Below, one piece after another: positions 62,165 through 64,000 of a stretch of 64,000 nt of DNA (the first letter of the stretch is position 1; every line of letters starts with the position of its first letter). The stretch comes from Takakia lepidozioides (Eukaryota > Plantae > Bryophyta), in the NCBI GenBank assembly GCA_030704615.1, contig CM060732.1, positions 63,736,001-63,800,000 on the forward strand. Reading direction: 5' to 3'. The notes under the pieces were generated by a model that was given only the letters and a program-made list of their open reading frames with translations, was not told the origin of the DNA and did no database searches. A program made the position numbers and the translations under genes.

Positions 62165-63110
62165 CTGATAATCCAGGTCAAGCAATTGAGATCCATTGCT
62201 TGCCCCAACACTTGACGACGTGATGCCTCAGAAAGAGACGACACCGCCGTGGTACCAGTGGTAAAACCCATTGCCCGCTCACGCTCGTCAGCATTAGGCT
62301 CCACTAACTGCTGCAATTGAGCATCCCACAGGAGGCCAGGTCCACTATCCCGGAAAGCATGCGATCCTGGGAAGCTGAGCAGTGTAGGTAATGCTGCCCG
62401 TGGTTGACCCACCTTGTTGACCACGCCAAAGGCGAACGGTCATCGTGTCTCACACGCTGAGACTGCCTCCCTGTGTCCAGAATGTTATCCACTGTGAGAT
62501 GTGCTGGCCGCTGCACCCATCAAATGCACGCTTGAGCAGTGCGGGTGGCATCAAGTTAGTCCACCATAGCCGTGGACGATGAGCCGTGACCCCACTGTAG
62601 CTGCATCTAGCAACACTGCTGACCCAAGCCACGACCGGACTTGATGCACACTGGCCATCACCCTGGCCCGAGAATTGCCCATCAGTGGCACATTCTCCAA
62701 GATGTATGCTGGAGATACAGCTTGATGAAGCTGCAAGTGGCGCAAACCGCACCATCTCCCAAAACAGACCCGACCTCAAGTCTCGCAATCCATTGCCATG
62801 CCCGGCTGATGAATGCCCTTGGCAGGGCCAACCTGCCACTACCAGATCAATGGAGCCACCCGCTCCAAATCCTGCGCCCCCAGCAACGAAATGTCTGCTG
62901 GCAAGGCCTGCTGATATCCACGAATTGCAGACACCGACAACAACTCAGGGTACCGCTGCACCAACTGAGCAACATGGCGAAGTGAAACGCGTCGTGCAGT
63001 CTCATCCCTCTCCACATACAGGTAACGCCGAACTCGTACACCTGCTTGTAACACAGCAGCCAATCCGGTGCTGATCCCGCCAAACAAGTCCAGAAGACAA
63101 ATGCCTTCAT
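62165..63110 (-). mobile_element. DNMT3-like cytosine-5 DNA methyltransferase domain within gypsy pol (frameshifted)
   Basis: Motif I LDLFGGISTG, II YVERD, IV AGWPCQG, VI ILENV, VIII AHRPRLWWTN, IX ERERAMGF and X RRQVLGQAMD, in canonical order. Confidence 0.92.
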
Positions 63111-63499
63111 CCGGATACTGCCACACAATAGGTGTGGTGTCCAATGGAGACAATTGAGGTGGTCCTGGTGCAATCCCCACACTCTCCTCCTCTCCTGACG
63201 GTACAAAAGCCTCCACCCAGGCTTGTTGCACCGTCGATCAGCATCCCGCTGCAAATCCTTGCTCGTGCCCCACAATGGAGTCTGAGCAACCATGGTAGGC
63301 AACTCCGCCATACCATACATCCTGCTCTCCCGGAGGTGGTACATCCTCTGAATGAGCATTGCCCTCAAGCAACTCTCTAGGCCAACTCACTGCCGCTGTG
63401 AATGCTGCTAGTGTCGGCATCTTGCCTCGCTGGGCAACCGCAACTCCTCCTATGAACGTCACAGGGAGCTGCACACGCCGGCCCTCCCCTGACTGCCAT

Positions 63500-63830
63500 G
63501 CAGGCCTATAGGAAGCTGACTCCTCCCAAAAATCCAGGGTGAAGCCCATGGGGTACAACACTGCCCCACCAACCAGGACATCGTATGAGCGTCTGTCACA
63601 ATGGCCTTGGCTCGCATCACTGAGCCATCTGTAGGGTGATCCGGCCGTAGTCTGATAGCCAACTCACGCCGTGTCATGCCCCGAGCCTGCTCCGATCCTC
63701 CCAGAGACGTCTGTATCTGGAAAGGACAAGGCTCCATATCCGCCTCCGTGAGGCCCAAGCCTGCAATAGCAGCTCTGCCCAGCATCAATGGCTGAGCTCC
63801 CGAGTCCAACAAGACCCGCAGTGGCCGGTA
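63500..63830 (-). mobile_element. Retroviral-type aspartic protease of the same pol
   Basis: RVLLDSGAQ (DSG at 63798-63806), followed after a frameshift by YDVLVGGAVL. Confidence 0.85.
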
Positions 63831-64000
63831 CCTCTTGCCTGCCGGTCCACTCAAACAGAAAATGCCATCCTGGTTGTCTAACATGACAACTCCAGGTGTC
63901 ACCATGGCGCGCTCAATGGCTGGCCTAGCTGGCAGCTCCATCAACCTGGCAGCTGCAGCTTGCCATGGCGCCGCCGTGGCAGTCTTGACCTCAAATCCGA

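Noticed and set aside
62165-63110. Host DRM/CMT/DNMT3 gene or bacterial restriction-modification methylase
   Set aside because: It is intronless, collinear with protease and RT, lacks UBA, chromo, BAH or PWWP domains, and has no restriction-enzyme partner.

Overview
Eukaryotic, intron-containing, transposon-rich plant DNA. The gene and TE content suggests a non-seed land plant, most likely a bryophyte; this is inference. Apparently intact host genes are UBL5/HUB1, a small conserved two-exon plant protein, a mitochondrial TMEM70-like gene, an uncharacterised multi-exon coiled-coil gene and a CHUP1-C-terminal-domain (At4g04980-like) gene. The last has a rearranged, partly inverted pseudogenic copy about 20 kb downstream. 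The rest is degraded mobile DNA: L1-like LINE fragments, two non-autonomous TIR elements, a MULE/SWIM plus Ulp1 block, a CACTA block, PPR pseudogenes and LTR pieces. The most notable feature is at the right end: a Ty3/gypsy pol on the minus strand with a DNMT3-like cytosine-5 methyltransferase domain between the aspartic protease and the reverse transcriptase, followed by an unexplained accessory ORF before the PPT and 3' LTR. A second retroelement, an RLE-type LINE at 6.4-8.25 kb, carries a PCIF1/CAPAM-like N6-adenine-methyltransferase-like domain upstream of RNase H. Both methyltransferase-bearing copies are frameshifted here. All assignments come from recognising motifs by eye; no database searches were run, and many boundaries are approximate.
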